Source: an uncultured Clostridia bacterium (lineage in GTDB: Bacteria > Bacillota > Clostridia > Oscillospirales > CAG-272). From it: 64,000 nucleotides of DNA. The DNA lies in contig CALYAD010000055.1 in NCBI GenBank assembly GCA_944393415.1, forward strand, positions 3,278 through 67,277. The letters are read 5' to 3'. The notes under the pieces were generated by a model, which saw only the letters and a list, made by a program, of their open reading frames with translations, was not told the origin of the DNA and searched no databases. Every line of letters begins with the position of its first letter. Position 1 is the first letter of the stretch. This document shows positions 1 to 10,000 of this stretch, piece by piece. The translations under genes were made by a program, and so were the position numbers.

Positions 1-3000
1 AAAACGTGTGTTGCGGTTCCGGCTTCCGCAGGGGAGTGAGCGGAATATGAGGATAAAAACGCGGGGGTTTTTAAAAGTGAGGAATTGTCGTTTTCTTGAT
101 AAGTGATGTCATAGGGAAGAGCGATACCGCTTTGCTTTGCCATTTCATTTATCGAGGCAAAATTATCGGCTTCCTCCGAAGAGTCAAGTATCTGAGGATA
201 AAGCCTTGAAACGGAAAGCTTTGCGGGAATCCGGGCTGATCGGCTGTGAGGATAAACAAACGACAGGCGTTTATCAAGAAGTTCGTACAGATTGCCGTAT
301 TCGTAAGCGTCGGTCAAAGCATCCGTATCAGCAATTTGTTTGGTACTTGAAGCGGTATTATCATTATCATTGCTTAATATATCTTTAGCGGCATAAACGG
401 TTACCGTATATCTGGGAGAAAGTTCAGTAGGACGGCTGAGAGCGGTAAGTATCCACTCAAGGTAGGAATTTTTAGTGATGTAATTCATCGGATGACCGGA
501 TGACGCGTATAAGCTGCAGGAACGCTGAAGCTTTTCAAAATCCCTATGGCTCGCGCAGATATAAAGTGCGCTTTTGGCGCGGGTAAGCGCTACGTATAGA
601 ACTCTCATTTCCTCGTCTGTCTGTTGCAGCTCTTTTTCGGCTGCAAGCGCGAGACGGTACGGGGAATCGCTTGAGGTTAGCCGCAGCTCATCCTTTATAC
701 GCATTGCGGCTCCCATGCGCGGATCTGTTATAACTGCTTTTTTCAGGTCGTCGCGGTTGAATTTATGCGAGGTGCCGCAGACAAAACAATGCTCAAATTC
801 CAGTCCCTTTGACTGGTGTATACTCATTATTCTTACACCGGAAGCCTCAGACGATGCGCCGGACGGCGAATTTCCGCTTTCTGTAATATGACGAACTCTT
901 TCAAGAAAGGAATAAATATCGGTCTTGCCTGATAAGGTAAAATCACGCGCAAGGTCATACAGCGTCAGAAGATTGGCACGCCGAAGAGCAGCGACGGCTT
1001 CAGAGGTGTCAATTTTGTCGTAAATCAGCGAAAAGAAGGATGTCTCGGTATAGATCTGCCAAAGCACGCGGTCAACAGTATTTTCAGCGGCAAACGCTCG
1101 CGCGGCAGTAAAAAAGGAAAGAAATCGCTTTCCCTTTTCAAATTCTTTGCTTTCGGTATACCTTGTCAGAGATTCAAAAAGCGGAATATCCGGATATTCT
1201 GTTCGTATGGATATAAGCTCGTTCATAGTAATACCGAAAACCGGGCTTTTCAGAGCTCCGGCAAGAAAAATATCGCGGTAAGGATTATCTATACAATTCA
1301 GCAGGCAAAGGGCAAGCTGTATTTCGGGAGCGCCAAAAAGCTCTGAGCCTTTATCGGTGCTTACCGGAACCGAGTGTTTTCGAAGCGCCTCCTCAAATAC
1401 CGGGGCCGCCGAGCGTGTACTGCGCAGCAGTATTGCGATATCGGAAGGGTTCGCCCCGTCGTTTATAAGAGCGACTATTCTTTTCGCGGTCATTTCCGCT
1501 TCGAGATGATAGCTGCCGGAGCTTTCGGAAATATTTTCCTCATCACCGTCCGCTTCCTTATCAGGTATTTCGGCTATCAGAATTTTTACCTCCGGAGCGG
1601 AAGCGGATAGGACTTTCCCGCATATGAGGCGGTCGCTTTTTGAGTAGGGAATACGGTATGAAAGCGGAGCAGAGTCCGCCGGAGTGAAAAAAAGCGCGTC
1701 TGAGACCGCGTTTACAAACTCGGCCACCGGCTTTTCGGATCGAAAATTCTCCGAAAGAAATACCGTAGCGTTTTCTTTAGCGGTTTCATTATTATTAAGC
1801 TCGCTTTCGGGAGAATACTCGGTAAATATTCTGCGGTAATGAGAGAAAATAGAGGGCATAGCGCCTCTGAAGGCATAGATGCTTTGCTTTATATCTCCAA
1901 CCATGAAGAGTGGAGTATTTACCGACAGCGCTTCAAAAATATTATTCTGAAGCGGGTTGACGTCCTGGTATTCATCGACAAATATCTCGTCATAAGCTTC
2001 GGAAATACGGAAGGCAAGGGGAGAGATACTGTAGTCAGGTAAGTATAAAAGCCGGAGGGTATAGTGTTCAAGATCGTTGTAGTCGAGCACGGCTCTTGCC
2101 TGCTTGTGATCCGAGAAACGCCGGTCAAATTCTTTTAACAGCTCGATAAGCGAACGCGATACGGAGACGGTGGCATCTCTTAAATAAATAATATCGTCGT
2201 CTGAAAAGCAAAAATATTTTTCGCTCAGCTCTGTCAGCTTTTTATTTGCGTAGCCTCTGACATTTTCCTTGTAAAACTCGCCTTCGTCCGTTTTGAACTC
2301 AGCCCTGACTATACCTATCCTTGTGCTTTGACGCTCCGAAAGCGTTTCGCGCACATTTCGGTAATCGTGAGTTTGGGCGCTATTTTTCAGTTTTATTATA
2401 AAATTAAGCTCTGATCTGAAAACCGGTGTACAGGCACCCGAGTACTTTTCGTCAGTTTCAAAATAATCTATGGCGGTAGTGTACAGACCGATAAGGTAAT
2501 CGCACAGCAAGGCTACTCTGTTGCAGAGGATCATAGCGTAAGGGTCTCCGAGATTCAGTGACCCGCTCGACATGACATCGGCGCTTTTTTCCCAATCTTC
2601 AAACCCGTGAGGCTGGTTTTTTATGCTGTCGTACATTGAAAGAAGCAGGTCTGACAGCCGGTCGTCTCTGTCGGATATAAAATTCTCGGCAAACGTCGCA
2701 AAGTCCGGTATAGGAGGAAATAGCCCGGCGTATGCGGTTTCCAGCAGATCCTCCATGACCTCAGAGCGCATTGCCCTTGTTTCCGTTTCGTCAGCTACCC
2801 TCATTGAGGCGCTCAGCCCGAGAGCGTGAAAATTGTTTTTTATGAGCGAAAGACAAAGCCCGTGTATAGTGCTTATCTGAGCGGAAGGGAGCTTTATAAG
2901 CTGATCGTGCAGGCGTTTATTATTCGGTTCTTTTTCTGATGCTTCACGTATCGCGCGCTCAATCTTTGCTCTGAGCTCCTCGGCAGCTGAACGGGTGAAG

Positions 3001-3176
3001 GTTACGACAAGAAGCCTGGAAATATCAAGTGGAGACTCGGCATTTGTTATGCCTGATATTATTCTTTCGGTCAAAACAGTGGATTTACCGGATCCGGCAG
3101 CGGCGGAGATAAGAACCTTTTTGGCTTTAACGCCTATTGCCGCCAGCTGTGCTTCTGTCCATTTTATATCCGACAT
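1..3176 (-). CDS. addA: AddA, ATP-dependent helicase/nuclease subunit A (C-terminus lies beyond the left edge)
   Basis: Absent from the ORF track because it has no stop inside the window. Reverse translation from ATG 3176-3174 reads MSDIKWTEAQLAAIGVKAKKVLISAAAGSGKSTVLTERII (UvrD-type Walker A). Around 590-650 the same frame reads EEMRVLYVALTRAKSALYI (helicase motif VI). It lies 27 nt after addB, matching the Bacillus addB-addA order. Confidence 0.85.
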   Translation of the reverse strand, partial: MSDIKWTEAQLAAIGVKAKKVLISAAAGSGKSTVLTERIISGITNAESPLDISRLLVVTFTRSAAEELRAKIERAIREASEKEPNNKRLHDQLIKLPSAQISTIHGLCLSLIKNNFHALGLSASMRVADETETRAMRSEVMEDLLETAYAGLFPPIPDFATFAENFISDRDDRLSDLLLSMYDSIKNQPHGFEDWEKSADVMSSGSLNLGDPYAMILCNRVALLCDYLIGLYTTAIDYFETDEKYSGACTPVFRSELNFIIKLKNSAQTHDYRNVRETLSERQSTRIGIVRAEFKTDEGEFYKENVRGYANKKLTELSEKYFCFSDDDIIYLRDATVSVSRSLIELLKEFDRRFSDHKQARAVLDYNDLEHYTLRLLYLPDYSISPLAFRISEAYDEIFVDEYQDVNPLQNNIFEALSVNTPLFMVGDIKQSIYAFRGAMPSIFSHYRRIFTEYSPESELNNNETAKENATVFLSENFRSEKPVAEFVNAVSDALFFTPADSAPLSYRIPYSKSDRLICGKVLSASAPEVKILIAEIPDKEADGDEENISESSGSYHLEAEMTAKRIVALINDGANPSDIAILLRSTRSAAPVFEEALRKHSVPVSTDKGSELFGAPEIQLALCLLNCIDNPYRDIFLAGALKSPVFGITMNELISIRTEYPDIPLFESLTRYTESKEFEKGKRFLSFFTAARAFAAENTVDRVLWQIYTETSFFSLIYDKIDTSEAVAALRRANLLTLYDLARDFTLSGKTDIYSFLERVRHITESGNSPSGASSEASGVRIMSIHQSKGLEFEHCFVCGTSHKFNRDDLKKAVITDPRMGAAMRIKDELRLTSSDSPYRLALAAEKELQQTDEEMRVLYVALTRAKSALYICASHRDFEKLQRSCSLYASSGHPMNYITKNSYLEWILTALSRPTELSPRYTVTVYAAKDILSNDNDNTASSTKQIADTDALTDAYEYGNLYELLDKRLSFVYPHSRSARIPAKLSVSRLYPQILDSSEEADNFASINEMAKQSGIALPYDITYQENDNSSLLKTPAFLSSYSAHSPAEAGTATHV

Positions 3177-3203
3177 TTAAGTATTAGATCCTCTCTATGC
3201 TTC

Positions 3204-6200
3204 TTATTTGCGCGCGTTTCTGCAGACTACGGACATTGCGCAGTATCCGCAGGGTGAAAGCTGCGGATTTTTTATTGGTCTTGCGGAAGCGTCGCCCGAT
3301 AAGATCGATGAGCCTATCCTGACAAGCACGTCCGATACCTCGCTTAAAAGCTCTCCGAATTCCTCGAGCGTCTTCAGCTCGCCGTGAGTCATTTTCAGCT
3401 GATCTTTTTTCATTGTTACCGGAATAAATCTGCCGGAAAGTCCGTTTTCCATTGCTGAAAGTACGTTTTCATCTTTAAGAAGAATGCCGGAGCGGATCAG
3501 CTTACTTTCGGCGTAGGTCAGGGCCTCCTCAGAGGTGACGGGTCTTTCGGTGGTTTTTGTTTCGATGCGGGAGGTGTGATAGAGTACGCCGGCAGGCAGG
3601 ATATGTCCGTTTTCACTTATACCGAGCTTTTTTTTGAGCGTCGGATTGTCGGTACGCCAAAAAGCGAACAGGTATAAAAGCATTTGCATGTCGATGCCGA
3701 GCGCTATATTTTTAAGCGAATGTTTACGGGAACCGGTTTTATAATCAACGACCCGGATATATACATCGTCGTTTTCCTTATATGTATCAACGCGGTCTAT
3801 GGTTCCGTATACCGAAATCGTCCTTCCGTCCGGAAGAACAGCCTGAAGCGGCTTTACGCCGGATTCGGCGCTCCCGATTTTTAATTCAAAAAAGCTGGGT
3901 CTGAAGCTGCTGTTTTCAAATTCCGAGAGCAGGTTTTTTATTATAAGCTTTACGGTACGGCGAAGCCTTAAGAGCAGGGCGCCGAAGCGTCCGGAGCTAA
4001 CGAAGCTCTCTCCGAGCGCGCTGTTCAGTATCTCGTTTACGGCGCGGTCTATGATCTTATCAAGCTCATCTTCGGTAGGGGACAGCATGTCCGAACCCGG
4101 AGGGAAAATAGTCGAAATTACCTTTTCAAGTATCCGGTGGATATAAGTTCCTACGTCCGCGGTACGGAAAGCCGAATGCCTTTTTTCGTTAAGCCTCAGG
4201 ATATACCTGCAATAATATGAAAACGGACATTTTGCGTAATCCTCCAGCCGGTATTGCGTCAGATTCAGATGCTTGCCAAAAAGCTTTTTAGAGATGCTTT
4301 CGGATATTTTAACTTCTGTTTCTGACAGCGGTATACGGTGAGACGGAAGTGTTTTTCCGTGTTTTTCATATAATTCCCGCATAACGGCGTACAGTGTTGT
4401 ACCATAGGCAGAGTAGGTGATCGGAAGAGCGGTATCCAGCGTCTGGATCCTGTCCGTAAGTGTAAATTCATCAGGGTAGTGGGAAATCCGGTTTCCGGGG
4501 AAAAGAGCGCAAAGTCTCGTAAAGCCCGAGGACGGAGGGTTTTTTCCGTTTTTCACATAGGTAGCGGTTATAGTTTCAGACGCAGAACAGGCAGCTCTCA
4601 AAAAGAAAAACATTTCTTCATCGGTTTTTACCGCGGTATTGGGGGAAAGCTCTATTCCGTTATCGTAGAGAAGTGATTTTTCCGTATCCGAAAAAACGCT
4701 GTCATCGGTTACCGCGCGGGGGAAATTCCCGCTTTCACAGGCAATAAGGAATATATGGGACCTGCCGTTGGCGCGGAGAATGGAAGCGTCTCCGGATACG
4801 ACGCAGTCAAAGGATTGAGGAATTTTTCCGAAGTCCGTATATTTTGCCGCCATTTGTAAAAGCGAGGAGAGTACCTTGGCGTTTACCGGGATATCGTATC
4901 CTACCGCTACCGCGGTATCGAGTAATGAAACAAAAATATTATACACTGTTATATCGCTGCTGTCACTTGAGGTACGGATATAGTCATAGGCGCCGCTTTC
5001 GTTTATAAGTAAATAAAGCGATGCGCACGCCTCTTTAAGCGTAACGCCGTTTTTCAGGGAATCCTTAAGCTTAATAAGAGGTCCGCATATCTGTCGGCGA
5101 AGCCTATTGATATGCTTAAGCTTAATAAAAGAGCTTTCCGATATAGCGTCGTTCAAGCCGTCTGGATTCATATTCCAATCATATTCGTCTGTCCATCGGC
5201 TGCCGCTGATATTCCAAAGCGTGGTATAGCTTTCAAGTATGTCTATATCGGAAATATCAAGACCGCATAGTCCGGTTTTAACATAAGACAGAATGTCTTC
5301 TCTCTTGAAACCACCGTAGATAACCTCCAGCGCTCCGTTAACACAGCGGTACAGCGCACTTGAAGATAGGGAAGAACGAGTTGAAGAAAACAACGGTATA
5401 CCGTATCGGGCGAAAACTACCTCAAGGACGCCCTCATACTCCTCCGTGCCTCGTCCGATTATCGCGATATCGCGGTATCTTGAGCCTTGTCGTACCAGCC
5501 CGCAAATGCGGCATGCTATATATTCCGCCTCGGAAAAGCGGTCACGGCAGGAGGTAAGAGTTACGCGATCGGAAAAAAAGTTTTTCTCAGATTTGAATGA
5601 GAGCTCCCATAGCTTATCCTCGATAAGCTTAAATTCCTCGGGTATATGGCTGCTTTTACTGTAAAGCTCAGTTATTTTTTCTATTTTTACACCATGCTTT
5701 TCGGCTATACCGATAATATCGCGTTCGGTTTTTTCAACAGTCATAAAGCCGGTCTTTCCGTTTTCCTGAGGACGGCAGAGCGTAAGCGTGAGATCGCATG
5801 AAAGCAGACAGTACTCAAGAACCTTCAGCTCAGAGGCGGTAAATCCGTTGAAGGAATCCGCGTAGAGGAGGGAATCCGAAAGAAAACTGTGTTCCTTCAG
5901 AATCCGGGCAAGGCGTTCAACGTCGTCCTGAGGATCGGAATATTCCTCTTTCAGCACCGCATAGTACGCGGTATAGATAAGTGAGATATCGCAAAGCTTG
6001 TCCCTTAGAGGGGATGGCGGCAAAACATCTGATTTTGAGGAAAGAACGGACGGAGCTATCCTGTAGCGTTTCAGCTCCGTACATACGGAAAGCAGCATCT
6101 CGCACAGCGCTCTGTCACGGCTTTTTCCGAACGCCTTCAGTACAGGAGCCAGCTCCTCGACAATGCGCCAGATGATAAGCAGCTTTCCTCCGTCGTCGAT

Positions 6201-6461
6201 ATACTGATATTCAATTCCTCCGTATTTACGAAAGGCAAGGTTTGCAAGTCTCCTGAACGAGACGACTGTCAGGTTTTCACAGTATATCCCTTCCGCGTCC
6301 GCGCGGTCAGCTATACGGCGTTCCGCTTCCATTACCTCCTGCTCGGGCACAAGCAGCGTTACGTGTTTGCCTTCCGAAAGAGCTTTAAGTATTTCCCCGT
6401 ATAACCGATAAGTCTTGCCGGCTCCGGGCATACCGTATATGATCCTGAGCATCTTTACCAC
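3204..6461 (-). CDS. addB: AddB, helicase/nuclease subunit B
   Basis: 1085-aa ORF with P-loop GMPGAGKT at the N-terminus. The C-terminal nuclease domain carries Fe-S cysteines (CPFSYYC ... CGYCAMSVVC). addA follows immediately. ATG at 6452 (MLRIIYG, SD GGTGG) is a likelier start than the GTG at 6461. Confidence 0.85.
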   Translation of the reverse strand: MVKMLRIIYGMPGAGKTYRLYGEILKALSEGKHVTLLVPEQEVMEAERRIADRADAEGIYCENLTVVSFRRLANLAFRKYGGIEYQYIDDGGKLLIIWRIVEELAPVLKAFGKSRDRALCEMLLSVCTELKRYRIAPSVLSSKSDVLPPSPLRDKLCDISLIYTAYYAVLKEEYSDPQDDVERLARILKEHSFLSDSLLYADSFNGFTASELKVLEYCLLSCDLTLTLCRPQENGKTGFMTVEKTERDIIGIAEKHGVKIEKITELYSKSSHIPEEFKLIEDKLWELSFKSEKNFFSDRVTLTSCRDRFSEAEYIACRICGLVRQGSRYRDIAIIGRGTEEYEGVLEVVFARYGIPLFSSTRSSLSSSALYRCVNGALEVIYGGFKREDILSYVKTGLCGLDISDIDILESYTTLWNISGSRWTDEYDWNMNPDGLNDAISESSFIKLKHINRLRRQICGPLIKLKDSLKNGVTLKEACASLYLLINESGAYDYIRTSSDSSDITVYNIFVSLLDTAVAVGYDIPVNAKVLSSLLQMAAKYTDFGKIPQSFDCVVSGDASILRANGRSHIFLIACESGNFPRAVTDDSVFSDTEKSLLYDNGIELSPNTAVKTDEEMFFFLRAACSASETITATYVKNGKNPPSSGFTRLCALFPGNRISHYPDEFTLTDRIQTLDTALPITYSAYGTTLYAVMRELYEKHGKTLPSHRIPLSETEVKISESISKKLFGKHLNLTQYRLEDYAKCPFSYYCRYILRLNEKRHSAFRTADVGTYIHRILEKVISTIFPPGSDMLSPTEDELDKIIDRAVNEILNSALGESFVSSGRFGALLLRLRRTVKLIIKNLLSEFENSSFRPSFFELKIGSAESGVKPLQAVLPDGRTISVYGTIDRVDTYKENDDVYIRVVDYKTGSRKHSLKNIALGIDMQMLLYLFAFWRTDNPTLKKKLGISENGHILPAGVLYHTSRIETKTTERPVTSEEALTYAESKLIRSGILLKDENVLSAMENGLSGRFIPVTMKKDQLKMTHGELKTLEEFGELLSEVSDVLVRIGSSILSGDASARPIKNPQLSPCGYCAMSVVCRNARK

Positions 6462-6500
6462 CAGTGTTAAAGTCGAATTTTATTGATAATACACAATTAT

Positions 6501-8687
6501 TTATGATAATTTTCTGCTTAAAGAATAAGGAAGCTGCGTATCGGTATATTTTTGTTCAGAGGGGACTCCGCTCATATTGAACAGCAGCGTTCCGCCGTTC
6601 TTTATATCGTTGTGATTTATAAAAGTGTTTTCCAGGCGTTTACCGTTTACCGTGATCTCTGAGGCATATAGCTTATCCTCTGAAAATTCCGCACCGATAA
6701 TGATAAAATCATTTCCGCTCTCTAAATGTATAACGGCTTTGCTTACTGAGGGGGAAGCAACCACATATTCGTCAGAACCGGGGCATACAGGGTAGAATCC
6801 AAGGCAGGAAAAAACATACCATGCGCCCATAGAGCCGGTATCCTCGTCTCCGGGGAAGCCGTCCGTGGTCGCTCCGAAAAGCTCGTTTACGGCTTTTCTT
6901 ACCCAATATGCGGAAAGATCGCGGTTTCCCATGCAGGAAAAAAGATATGGAATATGAAAAGACGGCTGATTGGACAGCGCGCACTGTCCGAATTGCGGAT
7001 AGGCGGCCATTTCGGTCATTTCGTGTATCTCGCAATTATAACCGAAGGTGCGGTAGTCAGGCGGAGTTGAGAAAAGCTTATTGACTTTATCAAGGAACTT
7101 ATCACGGCCGCCGAGTAATCCCGCGTAGCCCAGAAGGTCATGATAAACCGCAAATGTATTCTGCCATGCGCTTCCTTCCGTATAATCGCCTCCCCAGTCT
7201 ATGTCGCTGAAGTCGGATCGCATACAGCCGTTTTCATCCTTTGCTCTGAAAAAACCGGTGTCATTGTCGAAAAGGTTACGGTAATTCAGCGCGGAGCCGT
7301 AATATTTTTCCGCTTTATCCGGTTTTCCCGCCGCTTCCGCTACCTTTGCTATGCAATAGTTGCCGTAGGCGTAATCGAGAGTTTTGTTAACGCTTTCAAC
7401 GTATTTGTTTGAGACATACCCAAGGGAATTGAAATCCGCAATGCCGTCCCGGCCCATAGCGGGATCCGGAGCGACGTTTTCAGCGTGCTTTTCAAGGGCT
7501 TTCAGCATGATATCGAGCATATCCGAATCTGTCACTATCTTCTTGACCGCCGCGTCGGCGAATACCGCGTCTATCGCTGTGCCGGGCATACAGTTCACGG
7601 CGGCGGGAGATACACATCTCGGAAGCCAGCCGCTTTCCTTATAAAAGTTTACAAAACCTTCGCACATTTCGCGGTAAAGCGCGCTGTCAATGACAGAAAA
7701 AAGAGGGAAGGAGGTTTTATATGTATCCCAGAAGCAATTGTCGGTGTAGAACGGTCCGTCGCATACCTGACCGTTTAGCGGACTGAAATGCCTTATCCTT
7801 CCGTCGGGACATTTTTCGTGAAAAGCGCGCGGGAAGAGGAAGCAGCGGTAAAAACAGCTGTAAAAGGTTCTCAGTCTTTCCTGTGGCGCCGTTATCTCTA
7901 TCTTTGAAAGATAATTTTCCCATACTTTTTCGGCGCTTTCCCTGATATCCTCAAGAGACGCCCCTCCGATCTCGCTATCCAGATTAAACATTGCCTGTTC
8001 GGGGCTGATAAACGATGTGGCAAAGCTTACGTTTAAAGTACACGGCTTGCCGGTAAAAGCTATCGCCGCTTTTGTATCGGTTATGACGGTTTTCTCCGGA
8101 TCAATTGGGAGATCAAAGCGGAAAACAAAATACAGCCGGAAATCTCCCGGAATATTATCCCTGTTAGGCAAGGTTTTTGAGCTGCCTGTAAGTATGCCGT
8201 TTTCATAATCTATTTTATATTCCGCTTTACCGGGACCGGGAGAAAGAGTGAAGAAGTTGGTTTTATTTTCAAAATTCCAGATGGCGCGGAAAATCCCGCC
8301 GTGCGGTGTTGGCGAAAGCATAATATCCGTGTTAAAAAAATTCAGGTGCATATTTATCGATGCCGGAGTAAATACGGCTTTGTCGCGGTTGTAGGTGCTC
8401 TCCGGTTCTTTGTCCGCGCTCACCCTGAGTATTCTTCCGTCGTCGATAACGGCGTTCATAGTCAGGTAATTATAGTCTCCAAGCCACGGACTCATTGTAT
8501 GCGTGAGACGTATGCCTTTTGTACGATAATCTCTGCTGTTGAAGTAAAAGGAAGTGCCTCCTCTTGTATCGGGAGAGTAGTGGTTTGCGCCGAACGGGAA
8601 GGCGGCGAGCGGAAGCGTATTTCCATTTGAAAACTCATGCACCGAATCTGTTCCCATAAGCGGATTGACATACTGGATATAGCTCAT
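6501..8687 (-). CDS. GH92-family alpha-mannosidase-like glycoside hydrolase, no signal peptide
   Basis: 728 aa. N-terminus is YVNPLMGTD...FPFG. The C-terminal motif GFPGDEDTGSMGAWYVFSCLGFYPVCPGSDEYVVASP is typical of GH92. Confidence 0.75.
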   Translation of the reverse strand: MSYIQYVNPLMGTDSVHEFSNGNTLPLAAFPFGANHYSPDTRGGTSFYFNSRDYRTKGIRLTHTMSPWLGDYNYLTMNAVIDDGRILRVSADKEPESTYNRDKAVFTPASINMHLNFFNTDIMLSPTPHGGIFRAIWNFENKTNFFTLSPGPGKAEYKIDYENGILTGSSKTLPNRDNIPGDFRLYFVFRFDLPIDPEKTVITDTKAAIAFTGKPCTLNVSFATSFISPEQAMFNLDSEIGGASLEDIRESAEKVWENYLSKIEITAPQERLRTFYSCFYRCFLFPRAFHEKCPDGRIRHFSPLNGQVCDGPFYTDNCFWDTYKTSFPLFSVIDSALYREMCEGFVNFYKESGWLPRCVSPAAVNCMPGTAIDAVFADAAVKKIVTDSDMLDIMLKALEKHAENVAPDPAMGRDGIADFNSLGYVSNKYVESVNKTLDYAYGNYCIAKVAEAAGKPDKAEKYYGSALNYRNLFDNDTGFFRAKDENGCMRSDFSDIDWGGDYTEGSAWQNTFAVYHDLLGYAGLLGGRDKFLDKVNKLFSTPPDYRTFGYNCEIHEMTEMAAYPQFGQCALSNQPSFHIPYLFSCMGNRDLSAYWVRKAVNELFGATTDGFPGDEDTGSMGAWYVFSCLGFYPVCPGSDEYVVASPSVSKAVIHLESGNDFIIIGAEFSEDKLYASEITVNGKRLENTFINHNDIKNGGTLLFNMSGVPSEQKYTDTQLPYSLSRKLS

Positions 8688-8737
8688 ATCTGTATTTTTT
8701 CCTTTCCTTGATATTCTTAGCTTGAAAAATCAAATCG

Positions 8738-9856
8738 TTATTTACCTTCGACAAAGACCCTTTTTATCGCGTCAAGGTAACCGTAGCCGTACAGGTCGTC
8801 AGGTTCAAGATAGCTGGTTTCGGTCCACTCGTTCCAGGAATTTATTGTAATGAGTGGAACGTTATTTTGATGCCTGTCGGCATACTCCTTTGCTGCGCGT
8901 AATGCTTTTTCGAAATTTTCAGGGGTGTTGTTTTTTATTATACCGGGTCTGAATTTTTTAAATCTCGGATTATTGTCCCAGCCGCATGATATATGGGGAA
9001 AATAGGGAACCGGGCAGCGTAGGTCGATTTTTTTCCATTCCCTTTTGACATCCTCCATTACCTCGTTATAATCACGATCGATATCGACAAAATGAACGAA
9101 CTGGTAATGAGTAAAGCTGTCCGCGCCGAGATATTCCATAGCTTTATATACCGATATCGTGCTGTCCGTATCTACTCCGCTGAGATGCATGGGAATATCC
9201 CCGCGTCCGGTGAATTGAAGATGGAGGCCCGGGAAACCGGCTTTTTTAACTTCGTCCCTGAACCAATCAAGCGCGGATTTTGTATGCTCAAGACCACCCA
9301 GACCCTCAATAAGCGTGGTTATCTCATATATCATAAATACCGGGCAGCCGTTAATGCGGTAATAGTTTTCAATGCCAAAGTATTTTCTTATTATACGTCG
9401 GCACATTTCCTCAAATCCGGTCCGGTCAAGGCCGCCCTGCCATATGACCGTGCTTCCGCACTCGGTGTCGGAGAGGTCTTTATTCCACAGGTGGTTTGCG
9501 TTGTGGTTAGCCCACATCAGGTAGAATTGCATGCGGTTATTGTTTTTTGCTCCGAGAAATCCGTTATTCAGACAAGCCTCAAGGAATGGTCTGCGGTCAA
9601 ACCAGTACCAATCATATATAAAAACATTAACCCCGTGGTCAGCGGCTTCGTTTATCTCCATTTCCATAATATTCGGATCCGCCTCGTTCACGTATCCCCA
9701 CAGAGGCTTTCTCGGCCAGCTGTGTCCCGGAAATTTGGCTTCCGCGGTTCTGACAGTCTGCCATTCACCGTACCCTTCATTCCAGAACATCCGGGCTCTA
9801 AGCTCATCTCCGGTATATGACGGCCATACATATGCGGCAATATCGTATTTATTCAT
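8738..9856 (-). CDS. GH99-like / WbsX-family domain protein, no signal peptide
   Basis: 372 aa. The pattern IAAYVWPSY...GYGEW...PRKPLWGYVNEADP...HGVNVFIYDWYWF recalls the WbsX/GH99-like family. This is a family-level call from memory only. Confidence 0.55.
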   Translation of the reverse strand: MNKYDIAAYVWPSYTGDELRARMFWNEGYGEWQTVRTAEAKFPGHSWPRKPLWGYVNEADPNIMEMEINEAADHGVNVFIYDWYWFDRRPFLEACLNNGFLGAKNNNRMQFYLMWANHNANHLWNKDLSDTECGSTVIWQGGLDRTGFEEMCRRIIRKYFGIENYYRINGCPVFMIYEITTLIEGLGGLEHTKSALDWFRDEVKKAGFPGLHLQFTGRGDIPMHLSGVDTDSTISVYKAMEYLGADSFTHYQFVHFVDIDRDYNEVMEDVKREWKKIDLRCPVPYFPHISCGWDNNPRFKKFRPGIIKNNTPENFEKALRAAKEYADRHQNNVPLITINSWNEWTETSYLEPDDLYGYGYLDAIKRVFVEGK

Positions 9857-9893
9857 TTTATGTCATTCCCCCTTACGATCAAACAGCGTCATG
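9857..9893 (-). promoter_or_regulatory. Partial type-1 leader module (hairpin, SD, decoy AUG, start)
   Basis: RNA sense reads ACGCUGUUUGAUCGUAAGGGGGAAUGACAUAAAAUGAAU. This matches ACGCUGAUUUAGCGUAAGAAAGGAAUGGUCAUAAAAAUGAAU at 34839-34880. Confidence 0.55.
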
Positions 9894-10000
9894 TGAGTTT
9901 CTTTATTTATTGAATCCTAACCGTTTTCATGGAACGGAAATATAATTGTATTAGGTCAAATCCTAATTAAATATTCCGGATAAATCATGGGATAAAATGT

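Noticed and set aside
9854-9856. An excess of genes starting Met-Asn (ATGAAT/ATGAAC). By my refined starts the count is 12: positions 9856, 23322, 26779, 34838, 37961, 40776, 48658, 50335, 50596, 52746, 53743 and 63345.
   Set aside because: This is probably a general A-rich second-codon preference for efficient initiation, not a discrete feature. It was useful only as supporting evidence when choosing start codons.
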